DNA of 35,729 nt from a virus (IMGVR_UViG_3300033141_001330:1-35729), one strand, 5' to 3'. Positions 8,875-16,775 are shown, counted from the first letter of the stretch. Translations and numbers: made by a program. The notes: generated from the sequence alone by a model not told the origin.

Positions 8875-9306
8875 TTATGTGCTTGATTTAACTTCATCCC
8901 ATAGTTTCCGCGATGGAAAGTCTGGAATTTCTACACCTTTTTTCTCTCCAAATATGAGAGTAACCGTATCTATTAAAGTATCTATTTCCTTTCTTTTTAA
9001 TTTTGTCGTGCTGTCAATATCAAAGAGCTTTTTAATTAAGCCCTTGATTATTTGAGTTTTCACAAGATCCATAGTCCACATGATGTCATTTTCAAAAAGA
9101 CCAGTCATAAATAAATTATTATCATTTAGTGTCTTAGAAATTTTAGTACACCATAAGTGAAGTGCAGAATTTTGTTTAACTGTTCGCATATCTAAGTTTT
9201 TAATATCTACAATATACGAAGCATCGCTCAACTTCATCCATTTTTCTAAATCTTCTTCACTTGATGGGGCTGCTACTGCTCCCATTTTTATAAGCGTTAT
9301 TTTCAT
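8875..9306 (-). CDS. NinB/Orf-like recombination accessory protein
   Basis: RTVKQNSALHLWCTKISK and STTKL..E motifs typical of the NinB family. Confidence 0.6.
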   Translation of the reverse strand: MKITLIKMGAVAAPSSEEDLEKWMKLSDASYIVDIKNLDMRTVKQNSALHLWCTKISKTLNDNNLFMTGLFENDIMWTMDLVKTQIIKGLIKKLFDIDSTTKLKRKEIDTLIDTVTLIFGEKKGVEIPDFPSRKLWDEVKSST

Positions 9307-9309
9307 TGC

Positions 9310-9801
9310 TTATCTTTTTTTCTTTGGATTAATTGTAAGCTTTTGCGGAATGAATTTTGTTGTTTTAGTTTCTGTAACGGTTTTCATTTCTGCTTTGCCT
9401 AATCCGATTAATAGTTCTTCAATTTCTGCATTTGAAATTAATGGAGTAAAAACTTTTTTTGTTGTTTCTGTCGTTGATTCCTCTTTGCCTTTCGTTAAAG
9501 TGATAGAGCTACATATAACACCCTCTACTTTAACAATCCCTGCATCATTAAAAAACTTAGCACCTTGAACTTTAATTGCTTCTATCTGTTCTTTAATAGA
9601 TTCTCTTTGTTCTTTATAATCAGCTTCAATAGATTTTATATAATCTACTTCTCTTTCTAAGTTATGAATGGCAAGAGCGATATAGTCAGCGATTCCACTC
9701 TCTGTTGGCAATTTAGCTTCTTCTATTCTTTGAAGCTTCCAAGTTAATGTATCTTTAACATCTTCACTTACTTCTAAGCTAGTCTTTTTTATTAGCTTCA
9801 T
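9310..9801 (-). CDS. Coiled-coil protein, Gp157/Gam-like
   Basis: Long coiled coil followed by a beta-rich part; coupled downstream of Sak, the usual position for Siphovirus Gp157-family genes. Confidence 0.45.
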   Translation of the reverse strand: MKLIKKTSLEVSEDVKDTLTWKLQRIEEAKLPTESGIADYIALAIHNLEREVDYIKSIEADYKEQRESIKEQIEAIKVQGAKFFNDAGIVKVEGVICSSITLTKGKEESTTETTKKVFTPLISNAEIEELLIGLGKAEMKTVTETKTTKFIPQKLTINPKKKR

Positions 9802-10501
9802 CTTCTGCCTCCATTAACTGTTTTTTCTTAAGTAGCATTGTAGTTAATGCTCCTGCTTCATCAGTATACAAATCTTTTAAATCATCAACACCAAACTTTT
9901 CACAAGCCCATTCTTTATCAGACTTTGTTTCTTTAATAAGTTTTATAATAGTATCATACACAGATTTTATTAAATGTTTTTTAGGCAGAAATTTATCATC
10001 AAGCTCTGGTGCTTTCCAATAGAACTCTTTACCACTTTTAGTCTTTGCTTTTTCGTATGGCTCTTTTTCGTGCTTTTGTAATCTCTTAAAAGCATCAACA
10101 GTAATTATATCAGCATATAAAGCCTCTACATCATATAAGTATCTTCCTACTCCGAAATGCACAGCAGCACGTTTCATTGAGCCACTAAGACCGCCTTTGG
10201 TTGCTTCAATGCTAGTATTGTCTGAACCATCGTACTTAGTAATCCACTCTCCATCAAACTTTAAAGAAATTCCACATAGTGAACCATCCCCAACACTGTT
10301 AGGAAGAGGACTGTACTCGTTTTTCCAACCAAACACACCAACAACATCATCAAATCTTGATTGAATCGCCCTATTAGTAACATAAGCGATTATTCTAGCC
10401 CAAACTTTACCGTTAAATTCTCCTGCTTGTTGAACTCTCCACTCTAGGTCGTTTTGCCCGAATGGTTGTTGCAGTTCTCTTTGAATTCGTTTAGCGTTCA
10501 T
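9779..10501 (-). CDS. Sak/Rad52-family single-strand annealing recombinase
   Basis: LQQPF..LEWRVQ, AYVTNRAIQSRFDDVVGVFGW, KGGLSGSMKRAAVHFGVGRYLY. Confidence 0.9.
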   Translation of the reverse strand: MNAKRIQRELQQPFGQNDLEWRVQQAGEFNGKVWARIIAYVTNRAIQSRFDDVVGVFGWKNEYSPLPNSVGDGSLCGISLKFDGEWITKYDGSDNTSIEATKGGLSGSMKRAAVHFGVGRYLYDVEALYADIITVDAFKRLQKHEKEPYEKAKTKSGKEFYWKAPELDDKFLPKKHLIKSVYDTIIKLIKETKSDKEWACEKFGVDDLKDLYTDEAGALTTMLLKKKQLMEAEDEANKKD

Positions 10502-10590
10502 TTCGATACCCTCCCTGTATGTTCTTTACATTTACTACATATATCAGTATTTTTAATGATGGGTGCATCACAGCAATTACTATACATCAT
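10498..10590 (-). CDS. 30-aa zinc-ribbon peptide
   Basis: Hand translation MMYSNCCDAPIIKNTDICSKCKEHTGRVSK*, coupled to both neighbours. Confidence 0.55.
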   Translation of the reverse strand: MMYSNCCDAPIIKNTDICSKCKEHTGRVSK

Positions 10591-10823
10591 TAAACCGATA
10601 AATTACTAACGATTTTTACATCGTACTTTGTTAGAAAAAACTCAATAAGTTCATCATAATCAAACTCATTCATCAACTTTTGCTGGTCAGCCCACATCAT
10701 AATATCTCTGATTTCCAACTGTTCTATGAAGTCAGGCGAAACATTACTAAGTTCTACGCTCATAGTGCCGCCACTTTCCCACGAAACATTGTTTATGCCT
10801 TTACAGCTTATATCTAGGTTCAT
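10590..10823 (-). CDS. Hypothetical protein (77 aa)
   Basis: Likely start MNLDISCK at 10823 with AGAGG RBS; the longer track ORF overlaps 10828..11037. Confidence 0.6.
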   Translation of the reverse strand: MNLDISCKGINNVSWESGGTMSVELSNVSPDFIEQLEIRDIMMWADQQKLMNEFDYDELIEFFLTKYDVKIVSNLSV

Positions 10824-10827
10824 TTTA

Positions 10828-11037
10828 CTAACCTCTGCTTTTAGCTTTTGATTTTCTTCTGTTTGCCCTAGTTTTAAGAGATTTACTTCTAACGCCTCTC
10901 GTGAAAGGTTTTCCACCTTTTTTATAGTTAAGAACTCTAGTGCTTCTTTGATTATAATCCATTTTTGTCGGCATAAAAACATTTTCTAAAGCAGCCATTG
11001 CTCCTGCTACTACCGATAATCTTGATAAATTTCCCAT
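10828..11037 (-). CDS. Small basic hypothetical protein
   Basis: AAGGA RBS; K/R-rich C-terminus. Confidence 0.6.
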   Translation of the reverse strand: MGNLSRLSVVAGAMAALENVFMPTKMDYNQRSTRVLNYKKGGKPFTRGVRSKSLKTRANRRKSKAKSRG

Positions 11038-11186
11038 TTTAATTCCTTTTTAATTTAATCTTCTAAGCAACTTCTCTAAACAACCAGAGAGGCACAGCCA
11101 CCACCAACCCAACCAATGCCATAATAGACATTAGAACCACCTCATAGCTTGTTCTTCGCACCAATTTTCAAATTTATCTAATAGTT

Positions 11187-11342
11187 TCATTTTTTCTTCT
11201 CTCTTTTAATTTTTGTATTCTCTCTAAGAATAAGAATCGTTATTAAATTTGAACGGTTTGCTATCTCTGGATTTGACTTAACCAAATCATCCGCTATCTT
11301 AATAACCTCTTCTTCAAGAGATATAGTTACAGGCTTTTTCAT
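11187..11342 (-). CDS. Ribbon-helix-helix (Arc/CopG-like) transcriptional regulator, 51 aa
   Basis: Hand translation MKKPVTISLEEEVIKIADDLVKSNPEIANRSNLITILILRENTKIKREKKK*; VTISL strand and NRS helix cap; first gene of the left arm. Confidence 0.8.
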   Translation of the reverse strand: MKKPVTISLEEEVIKIADDLVKSNPEIANRSNLITILILRENTKIKREKKK

Positions 11343-11347
11343 TTTCT

Positions 11348-11461
11348 TCCTTTATTACCAAAATGATAGCATCTTAATTCTTACATATAGCTTATGTAAA
11401 GTTTATGTATAATTTAAAGAGTTGTTAAGTTTTATAATGCTATCATTTTGGTAATAAAGGA
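11348..11461. promoter_or_regulatory. Divergent early promoter pair with 25-bp perfect inverted repeats and a central palindrome
   Basis: TCCTTTATTACCAAAATGATAGCAT (11348-11372) and ATGCTATCATTTTGGTAATAAAGGA (11437-11461). Each holds TGcTATCAT (extended -10-like) and an AAGGA RBS. Palindrome TTACATA-N5-TATGTAA at 11381-11399. Confidence 0.85.
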
Positions 11462-11467
11462 TTAATT

Positions 11468-11965
11468 ATGACAGTTAAAAGATGGGATACACAAGAGGTT
11501 ATATTTGAGATTGAGTGCAGTTCGTGGAGAGAGTTATTAGAAGAGGGACTAAAAGCTAAAAAAAGTTTTTATCGTGCGGACTTGATAGGTGCGGACTTGA
11601 TAGGTGCGGACTTGAGAGGTGCGAACTTGAGAGGTGCGAACTTGATAGGTGCGGACTTGAGAGGTGCGAACTTGAGAGGTGCGGACTTGATAGGTGCGAA
11701 CTTGAGAGGTGCGAACTTGATAGGTGCGAGTGTTATTGCCCATCATTATTTCGATAGACTTTACAAATATCGCTCATCTATAATAGTAACAGAAAAAGAA
11801 GTAATTATACAAATGGGATGCTTCACAAGGACAGAGAAAGAATGGCGGGAGGATTTTTGGAACAACGATAGCGAGTTCCCTAAAGATTCAGAACAAGGGA
11901 AAGAGAGACTTCAAGCGTTTAACAAGATGATGAAGCTTTTAGATAAAGATGTTTTGGAGGGTTGA
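11468..11965 (+). CDS. Pentapeptide-repeat protein
   Basis: Ten A(D/N)L(I/R)G repeats; C-terminal [10 protein letters not shown] domain usual in phage pentapeptide proteins. Confidence 0.92.
   Translation: MTVKRWDTQEVIFEIECSSWRELLEEGLKAKKSFYRADLIGADLIGADLRGANLRGANLIGADLRGANLRGADLIGANLRGANLIGASVIAHHYFDRLYKYRSSIIVTEKEVIIQMGCFTRTEKEWREDFWNNDSEFPKDSEQGKERLQAFNKMMKLLDKDVLEG
11576..11725 (+). repeat. 15-bp tandem repeat x10 (GCG[G/A]ACTTGA[T/G]AGGT)
   Basis: Directly visible; encodes the pentapeptide repeats. Confidence 0.95.
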
Positions 11966-12198
11966 TTATGAACGGAGTTAAACTAATAATAGACGACAAA
12001 ATAACCGACTACAACGACAAAATGGATTATGCTTTAGAAAATGATGATACAAACTTAGTGTTGAGCTATAACGAAGCAAAGGGCTTCCAAGTATCTATCC
12101 TGGATAAAAAAACAAACATCATAAGATACTACAATGTTGTTGATGGTAAGTTGGTTTTTGAAAGTGCAAATAATGTTTTAACGGGGGAAGAGAGATGA
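11962..12198 (+). CDS. Hypothetical protein
   Basis: GGAGG RBS; coupled to neighbours. Confidence 0.65.
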   Translation: MIMNGVKLIIDDKITDYNDKMDYALENDDTNLVLSYNEAKGFQVSILDKKTNIIRYYNVVDGKLVFESANNVLTGEER

Positions 12199-12458
12199 CT
12201 AGCGATAGAATTGATGAACTTCTAAAACAAACAGCATACCCTGAAAGCAATTCAGTAAAACAAGCTATGTTGCAAGTATGGAATGAACTTCAGCAAGATT
12301 TTAATAGTAGAACTTGTGAGAGTTGTAAGCACTACAACATATCTTATCTAAAAGAACAATATTGTGATGAGCAAATCATACTCCCGTTTCATCACGATAA
12401 AGACTTTAGTTGCAACAAATGGGAGAAGAAAGATGCTGACGAAAAAAGCTCAGACTAG
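12195..12458 (+). CDS. Hypothetical protein with C-terminal Cys4 'RTCESCKHY...DFSCNKWEKK' module
   Basis: ATGA coupling; module shared with 3259..3537 and 8033..8401. Confidence 0.7.
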   Translation: MTSDRIDELLKQTAYPESNSVKQAMLQVWNELQQDFNSRTCESCKHYNISYLKEQYCDEQIILPFHHDKDFSCNKWEKKDADEKSSD

Positions 12459-12858
12459 CAGCAAAAGGTTAAAGCCGAAAGTGAAAGCTAAAAAGCGTAA
12501 TCCTCTAGTGCTTCCGAAGTTCTATAAATATATGAAAGAGAAAGCTAACTCTATGGGATGTGACGCTCATCATTTCTTGCCTTTGAGCCATTTAAAGCAA
12601 GATATATTTTTATCAATAGTGCCTGTTTTAGAACATCAGGAGATTCACGCAGTTGGAAACAGTCAGTCTCCGATTGAATGGGCTATGTGCAAAGGCTTTG
12701 ATGTTTTAGTTGATGAGTCAATGGCTTATCTTGAAGAATGGGTAATTGATAATTGTTTGCCTGATGAGTATTTTGTGTTGATTGAAGATTTAAGAAAAAA
12801 TCCTTATGATTGCCACGATATAGCAAGAGATTTTATAAAAAATAATAGGAGTTTGTAA
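12433..12858 (+). CDS. Hypothetical protein, possibly degenerate His-Me finger (DUF968-like)
   Basis: Likely start MLTKKAQ after GGAG; CDAHH...VPVLEHQEIH pattern. Confidence 0.5.
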   Translation: MLTKKAQTSSKRLKPKVKAKKRNPLVLPKFYKYMKEKANSMGCDAHHFLPLSHLKQDIFLSIVPVLEHQEIHAVGNSQSPIEWAMCKGFDVLVDESMAYLEEWVIDNCLPDEYFVLIEDLRKNPYDCHDIARDFIKNNRSL

Positions 12859-12980
12859 TGGAAATCATTAAAAAGTGTCCTAATTGCAATATCTCTTACC
12901 CTAAAAGAAAAGTGGTGTGTAGTTATTGCAAAGGTGGGTTAAGAAAGTATCACGTTATTAAATTAAGAATAGCGTTTTAA
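12858..12980 (+). CDS. 40-aa zinc-ribbon protein (paralog of 7914..8036)
   Basis: Hand translation MEIIKKCPNCNISYPKRKVVCSYCKGGLRKYHVIKLRIAF*; AGGAG RBS. Confidence 0.7.
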   Translation: MEIIKKCPNCNISYPKRKVVCSYCKGGLRKYHVIKLRIAF

Positions 12981-12989
12981 GGAGATTGT

Positions 12990-13481
12990 GTGAAATATTA
13001 CAGAACTAAAAAAGGTTTAGTAAACAGTATGTATGGAGGGCAAAGAACACGATCAAGAGCAAAAAAATATCCTTTGCCACCATATAGCAATGATGAACTT
13101 AAAGATTGGCTATTTAGTCAGCCTTTGTTTCATAAACTTTATGATAATTGGGTAGAGAGCGGATTTCAAAGAGAACTAGCTCCGTCACTAGATAGGCGTA
13201 ATGATTACAAGCCTTATACTTTTGATAATATTCGATTAACGACTTGGAGAGAGAATAAAGCTAAAGGCGAAAGTGATAGAAGAAACGGAATAAATAACAA
13301 AGTAAACAAAGCAGTTTTGCAGTTTACGAGAGATGGTGAACTTGTTGCAGAATTTCATTCTACTAAGGAAGCACAGCGTCAAACAGGGATTCACTATACC
13401 AATATAGGGTATACTTGTAAAGGTAAAAGAAAAACTGCCGGTGGGTTTATTTGGAAATATAAAAAGAGTGGAGAATCTTGA
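12990..13481 (+). CDS. Putative homing endonuclease (HNH-like + NUMOD1), copy 2, lacking the N-terminal zinc finger
   Basis: AAGGAG RBS, GTG start; PSLDRRNDYKPYTFDNIRLTTWREN; VLQFTRDGELVAEFHSTKEAQR..CKGKRKTAGGFIWKY. Confidence 0.8.
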   Translation: MKYYRTKKGLVNSMYGGQRTRSRAKKYPLPPYSNDELKDWLFSQPLFHKLYDNWVESGFQRELAPSLDRRNDYKPYTFDNIRLTTWRENKAKGESDRRNGINNKVNKAVLQFTRDGELVAEFHSTKEAQRQTGIHYTNIGYTCKGKRKTAGGFIWKYKKSGES

Positions 13482-13510
13482 CTTGTGATAAGTTTTTATA
13501 GTTCAACAAC

Positions 13511-13519
13511 TGCTATAAT
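13511..13519 (+). promoter_or_regulatory. Extended -10 promoter TGCTATAAT
   Basis: Same TGCTATAATAC as at 6294-6284; followed by AAGGA RBS and a 27-aa hydrophobic ORF (MIETAVILMVGVLLWATRPKRSWGENP). Confidence 0.6.
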
Positions 13520-13626
13520 ACGGAATAAAAGGATTAAAATGATAGAAACAGCAGTAATTTTAATGGTTGGAGTTTTACTTTGGGCTACAAGACCTAAAAG
13601 AAGCTGGGGTGAAAATCCCTAGTTTA

Positions 13627-13742
13627 TGTTATAATTTTATTGAGCTTTTAAATGAGAGTAGTGATAGGTCTTCCAACCGCCTCGCTCCTACTCTTGTTTA
13701 AGGACTCACGAGAGCGAAAGTGTTGGAGCTTCTCTTACTCTC
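13627..13742 (+). promoter_or_regulatory. Promoter (TGTTATAAT) plus structured leader with mutually exclusive pairings
   Basis: Stem 13641-13661 / 13688-13708; the 5' arm and loop are also complementary to 13710-13742. Confidence 0.55.
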
Positions 13743-13932
13743 CCTTAAATTTAATAATCCAGAAAACGAAATTATGGAAAGAACTTGCAGAGGTAAATGC
13801 AAACAAACAAAAGACATATCAAAGTTTCCATCAAACGGGAAATATATTCTTTATACTTGTAAGATTTGCAATGATGGGAAAAACAGGGATAGAATGGCTC
13901 GTAATTATGCTAAGAAAAAGGCTTTAAGATGA
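13720..13932 (+). CDS. Stand-alone Cys4 zinc-finger protein (start uncertain, possibly MERTCRG)
   Basis: RTCRGKCKQTKDISKF...CKIC resembles the N-terminal finger of endonuclease copies 1 and 3. Confidence 0.55.
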   Translation: MLELLLLSLKFNNPENEIMERTCRGKCKQTKDISKFPSNGKYILYTCKICNDGKNRDRMARNYAKKKALR

Positions 13933-14249
13933 TAGAAAATTTAAAAAAAAGAAAAACACTTTTAGAGCAACAGTTAAGAGATGTTAATAATCAAATAAAA
14001 CAACTCCACCACAAAGAGATGCTAGAAATTGAAGCTAAAAACAATCTCACAATCGGTTGTAAAGTTGAAATAACAACTAGAAGTGACTGTCCTGCAAATT
14101 ATGCCTCTGTGCAATTTTTAGAATATCTTGGAATTGAAGACCCATATAGACATGGTTATCATCAGATAAAAATAGGGTACAAATGCCAAGGTTGCCACTA
14201 TCACACTTTTCATCATAATAATATTAGCGAGATAGAGAGGATAAAATGA
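13929..14249 (+). CDS. Hypothetical protein
   Basis: ATGA-coupled ORF; N-terminal coiled coil, Cys/His-rich end. Confidence 0.65.
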   Translation: MIENLKKRKTLLEQQLRDVNNQIKQLHHKEMLEIEAKNNLTIGCKVEITTRSDCPANYASVQFLEYLGIEDPYRHGYHQIKIGYKCQGCHYHTFHHNNISEIERIK

Positions 14250-14551
14250 GAATATATCGAAAAAAGATGCAAGACAACAATATCAGCGAAAAAGACATCT
14301 TAACCATTCAAAACAAAGCAATCTACTTTAAAACCGTTACAGTCAAAGATATAATGATTATCGATAATAGAGGATATAAATGTTCTACTCCAAGTTTTGA
14401 TTTAAACGACCTTATTATCGCTCAGGCTAAATATGTTGAAAGGTGCAGACCGCAAGTCAAAAAAAGAAACATTCAGGTTTTAGCAATTCTTAGAAAGCTT
14501 AGAGATGATTTGATTGAAAAAGATTTAGAGTTCAAAAAGGTGCAATTATGA
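14246..14551 (+). CDS. Hypothetical protein
   Basis: ATGA-coupled ORF with GAGGA RBS. Confidence 0.65.
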   Translation: MRIYRKKMQDNNISEKDILTIQNKAIYFKTVTVKDIMIIDNRGYKCSTPSFDLNDLIIAQAKYVERCRPQVKKRNIQVLAILRKLRDDLIEKDLEFKKVQL

Positions 14552-14766
14552 GTAAAAATAGTGCGGATAAAGGGTGTATAGTTTGCGGTGGTGGGCATCA
14601 TTATTATAATTGTCCTAATGACGATATTCAAGAAGATGGGAGTATTAATATAACCCATAATGATTTAACACTTTTAGTTGATTTAACAGTAGAAAAAATA
14701 AAAATAAATAAAGATGATAAATATAAGCTTCTGCATAAAAAATTGCTTGATATAATGCTTACTTAA
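14548..14766 (+). CDS. Hypothetical protein with zinc-knuckle-like CxxC..H..C motif
   Basis: CIVCGGGHHYYNCP; ATGA coupling. Confidence 0.6.
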   Translation: MSKNSADKGCIVCGGGHHYYNCPNDDIQEDGSINITHNDLTLLVDLTVEKIKINKDDKYKLLHKKLLDIMLT

Positions 14767-14780
14767 AAAAAGGCAAGAAA

Positions 14781-15377
14781 ATGAAGAATAAAAAATGTAA
14801 AATCTGTAAAAACCCTTTTCATCCCGAAAGACAATTACAACAAGTCTGTTCAGCTCTATGTGCGTGTGAATACGGAAATATACACTTAGCCAAAAAGAAA
14901 CTTGAAGTCAAAAAAGAAGCACGAAAAGCATTAAGAGAGTTTAAAAAAAATGATAAGCCTGTACTGCTTCAACTTGCTCAAAAGCTCGTAAATCAATATA
15001 TCAGACTAAGAGATAAGGGCAAATTTTGTATAAGTTGCAATCACGATTTTTCAAAAGGCAGACAAGAACACGCAGGGCATTATATCCCGAGAAGTAAATC
15101 ATCATTACTTAGATTCAATGAAAGAAATATAAATACTCAATGTAATATCTGTAACGACCATTTAAGCGGTAACGTGGGCGAATATAGACTAGGGTTAATA
15201 CAAAAGGTCGGGATTGAGCAAGTAGAGTTCCTAGAGGCTAATAAAACAGCTTTGAAAACTTGGACTGTTGAAGAGCTGCAAGAGGTTATAAAAACTTATA
15301 GAGAGAAAATCAAAGTCGCTAAACATTTAGATCAAGATGAAAGTGAACTTGTTATTGTTGAAATAAAGGAAATGTAA
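14781..15377 (+). CDS. ninG: NinG/Rap-family HNH recombination endonuclease
   Basis: KKCKICK..QQVCS..CA, NQYIRLRD..CISC, HAGHY, LRFNERNINTQCNICNDHLSGNVGEYRLGL. Confidence 0.9.
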   Translation: MKNKKCKICKNPFHPERQLQQVCSALCACEYGNIHLAKKKLEVKKEARKALREFKKNDKPVLLQLAQKLVNQYIRLRDKGKFCISCNHDFSKGRQEHAGHYIPRSKSSLLRFNERNINTQCNICNDHLSGNVGEYRLGLIQKVGIEQVEFLEANKTALKTWTVEELQEVIKTYREKIKVAKHLDQDESELVIVEIKEM

Positions 15378-16564
15378 TGAGAATCGGAACTTTATTCAGC
15401 GGTGGACTTGCTGCTTGTGAGTTTGCTCTAAGATACGAAGATTTTGAACACGAGGTTGTTTTTGCTTGTGAGTGGGATAAGTATGCTCGTAAACAATATT
15501 TAGAATTTCACGGAGAGCCTAAAACATTCTATGAAGATGTATCTAATATGTGTGGTAAAAAGTATTTAGATGGTATAGATTTGATGGTTTGGGGTTCACC
15601 TTGCCAGGATTTATCTCTTGCCGGTAAACGAAAAGGGTTCGATGGAGAAAAATCATCTTTATTTCGTGAGGGTGCTAGAATAATGAGCGAAGTTATGCCA
15701 AAAGCATTTATTTTTGAGAATGTAAAAGGCTTACTAAGTTCAAATAGCGGAAACGATTACAAAGAAGTAGTAAAAACATTTCAAGATATGGGATATTTAA
15801 TCGCTTCAAAAGTTGTAAATGCTAAAGAACATGGAACTGCTCAAAACAGAGAGAGAGTTTTTATAGTTGGGTTTTTAGATGTTAATGAATATCACGATTT
15901 TAACTTTGCAGAGCATATTCCATTGACTAAAGTTCTTAGAGATTATCTTGAAGATGATGTGAGCGAGAAGTATTATTTGAGTGATGATAGAACTTTTGAG
16001 CTTACTGGAAAAGAAATAGGAGTAGTTGCAAAACTAACGGACACAAAGTTTGAGTCAGCACAAAGAATACAAGGAGTTGGTGGTGTTGCTTCAACATTAA
16101 TCACACAACAAGGCGGAGATCAAGAACCAAAGATATTAGTTAAAAGTCAAGCAAATACAATACATAGAACTGATAAAGAAATGGCCACTCTTTGTGCAGG
16201 TACTCACGGATATGCACAAGGCTATGTCAAAATCGGAGCAATCAGAGGCCGCAATCCAGATAATCCAAAAAGTAGAACTGCAGGCCTTCCAACTCAACAA
16301 ATACTAGAGATAAATGAGGGTGGGACCAGTAATTGTTTAACGAGTGTTCAAAAAGATAATGTAGTGATAGAGGCCTTTAGAATAAGACGCTTAACCCCAA
16401 TAGAATGTTTCAGACTTCAAGGAGTAAAAGACGAAGATATAAAACTAATAAACTCTGACACTCAAAGTTACAAGATAGCCGGCAACGCAATAGAAGTGAA
16501 CACAATGCGAAGTTTAATAAGACAATTATACAAACCTGTTAAACAAAACAACACTTTATTCTAA
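15377..16564 (+). CDS. Orphan C5-cytosine DNA methyltransferase
   Basis: Motifs LFSG, GSPCQDLS, FENVKGL, QNRERVF, RRLTPIECFRLQG, GNAI. Confidence 0.95.
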   Translation: MRIGTLFSGGLAACEFALRYEDFEHEVVFACEWDKYARKQYLEFHGEPKTFYEDVSNMCGKKYLDGIDLMVWGSPCQDLSLAGKRKGFDGEKSSLFREGARIMSEVMPKAFIFENVKGLLSSNSGNDYKEVVKTFQDMGYLIASKVVNAKEHGTAQNRERVFIVGFLDVNEYHDFNFAEHIPLTKVLRDYLEDDVSEKYYLSDDRTFELTGKEIGVVAKLTDTKFESAQRIQGVGGVASTLITQQGGDQEPKILVKSQANTIHRTDKEMATLCAGTHGYAQGYVKIGAIRGRNPDNPKSRTAGLPTQQILEINEGGTSNCLTSVQKDNVVIEAFRIRRLTPIECFRLQGVKDEDIKLINSDTQSYKIAGNAIEVNTMRSLIRQLYKPVKQNNTLF

Positions 16565-16592
16565 ACCCCTTTACTTTTTAATTTAGTTGGGG

Positions 16593-16775
16593 TATAATAG
16601 CTAATACACTTTGAGGTTTGGCATATACCAGCGTAGCAAAATATGTGACAGTGTATCAAGTTCTTAAATTTAGTTTTGTTAATATTTTCGTATAGCCCTA
16701 CCAAGAAGCTAACTAAAATTAGTCTCACTTTAACGAGTGGGTCTATACGAGAATTATTCTAGTATCTTGGTAGGG
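16593..16775 (+). ncRNA. Putative promoter plus c4/CI-like antisense cloverleaf RNA
   Basis: TATAAT at 16593; hairpin 16604-16656; outer stem about 16681-16698 / 16739-16758 enclosing two small hairpins; CCCTACCAAGA is complementary to downstream TCTTGGTAGGG. Confidence 0.45.

Noticed and set aside
10824-10982. N-terminal extension of ORF 10590..10982
   Set aside because: Overlaps 10828..11037 on the same strand; a better start with RBS lies at 10823.
11549-11746. CRISPR array, or a minus-strand RTYQV repeat protein
   Set aside because: Contiguous 15-bp units with no spacers and no cas genes; the minus ORF is the antisense shadow of the pentapeptide gene.
16681-16758. tRNA gene
   Set aside because: Cloverleaf-like, but lacks the GTTCRA T-loop, D-loop consensus and 7-bp acceptor geometry.
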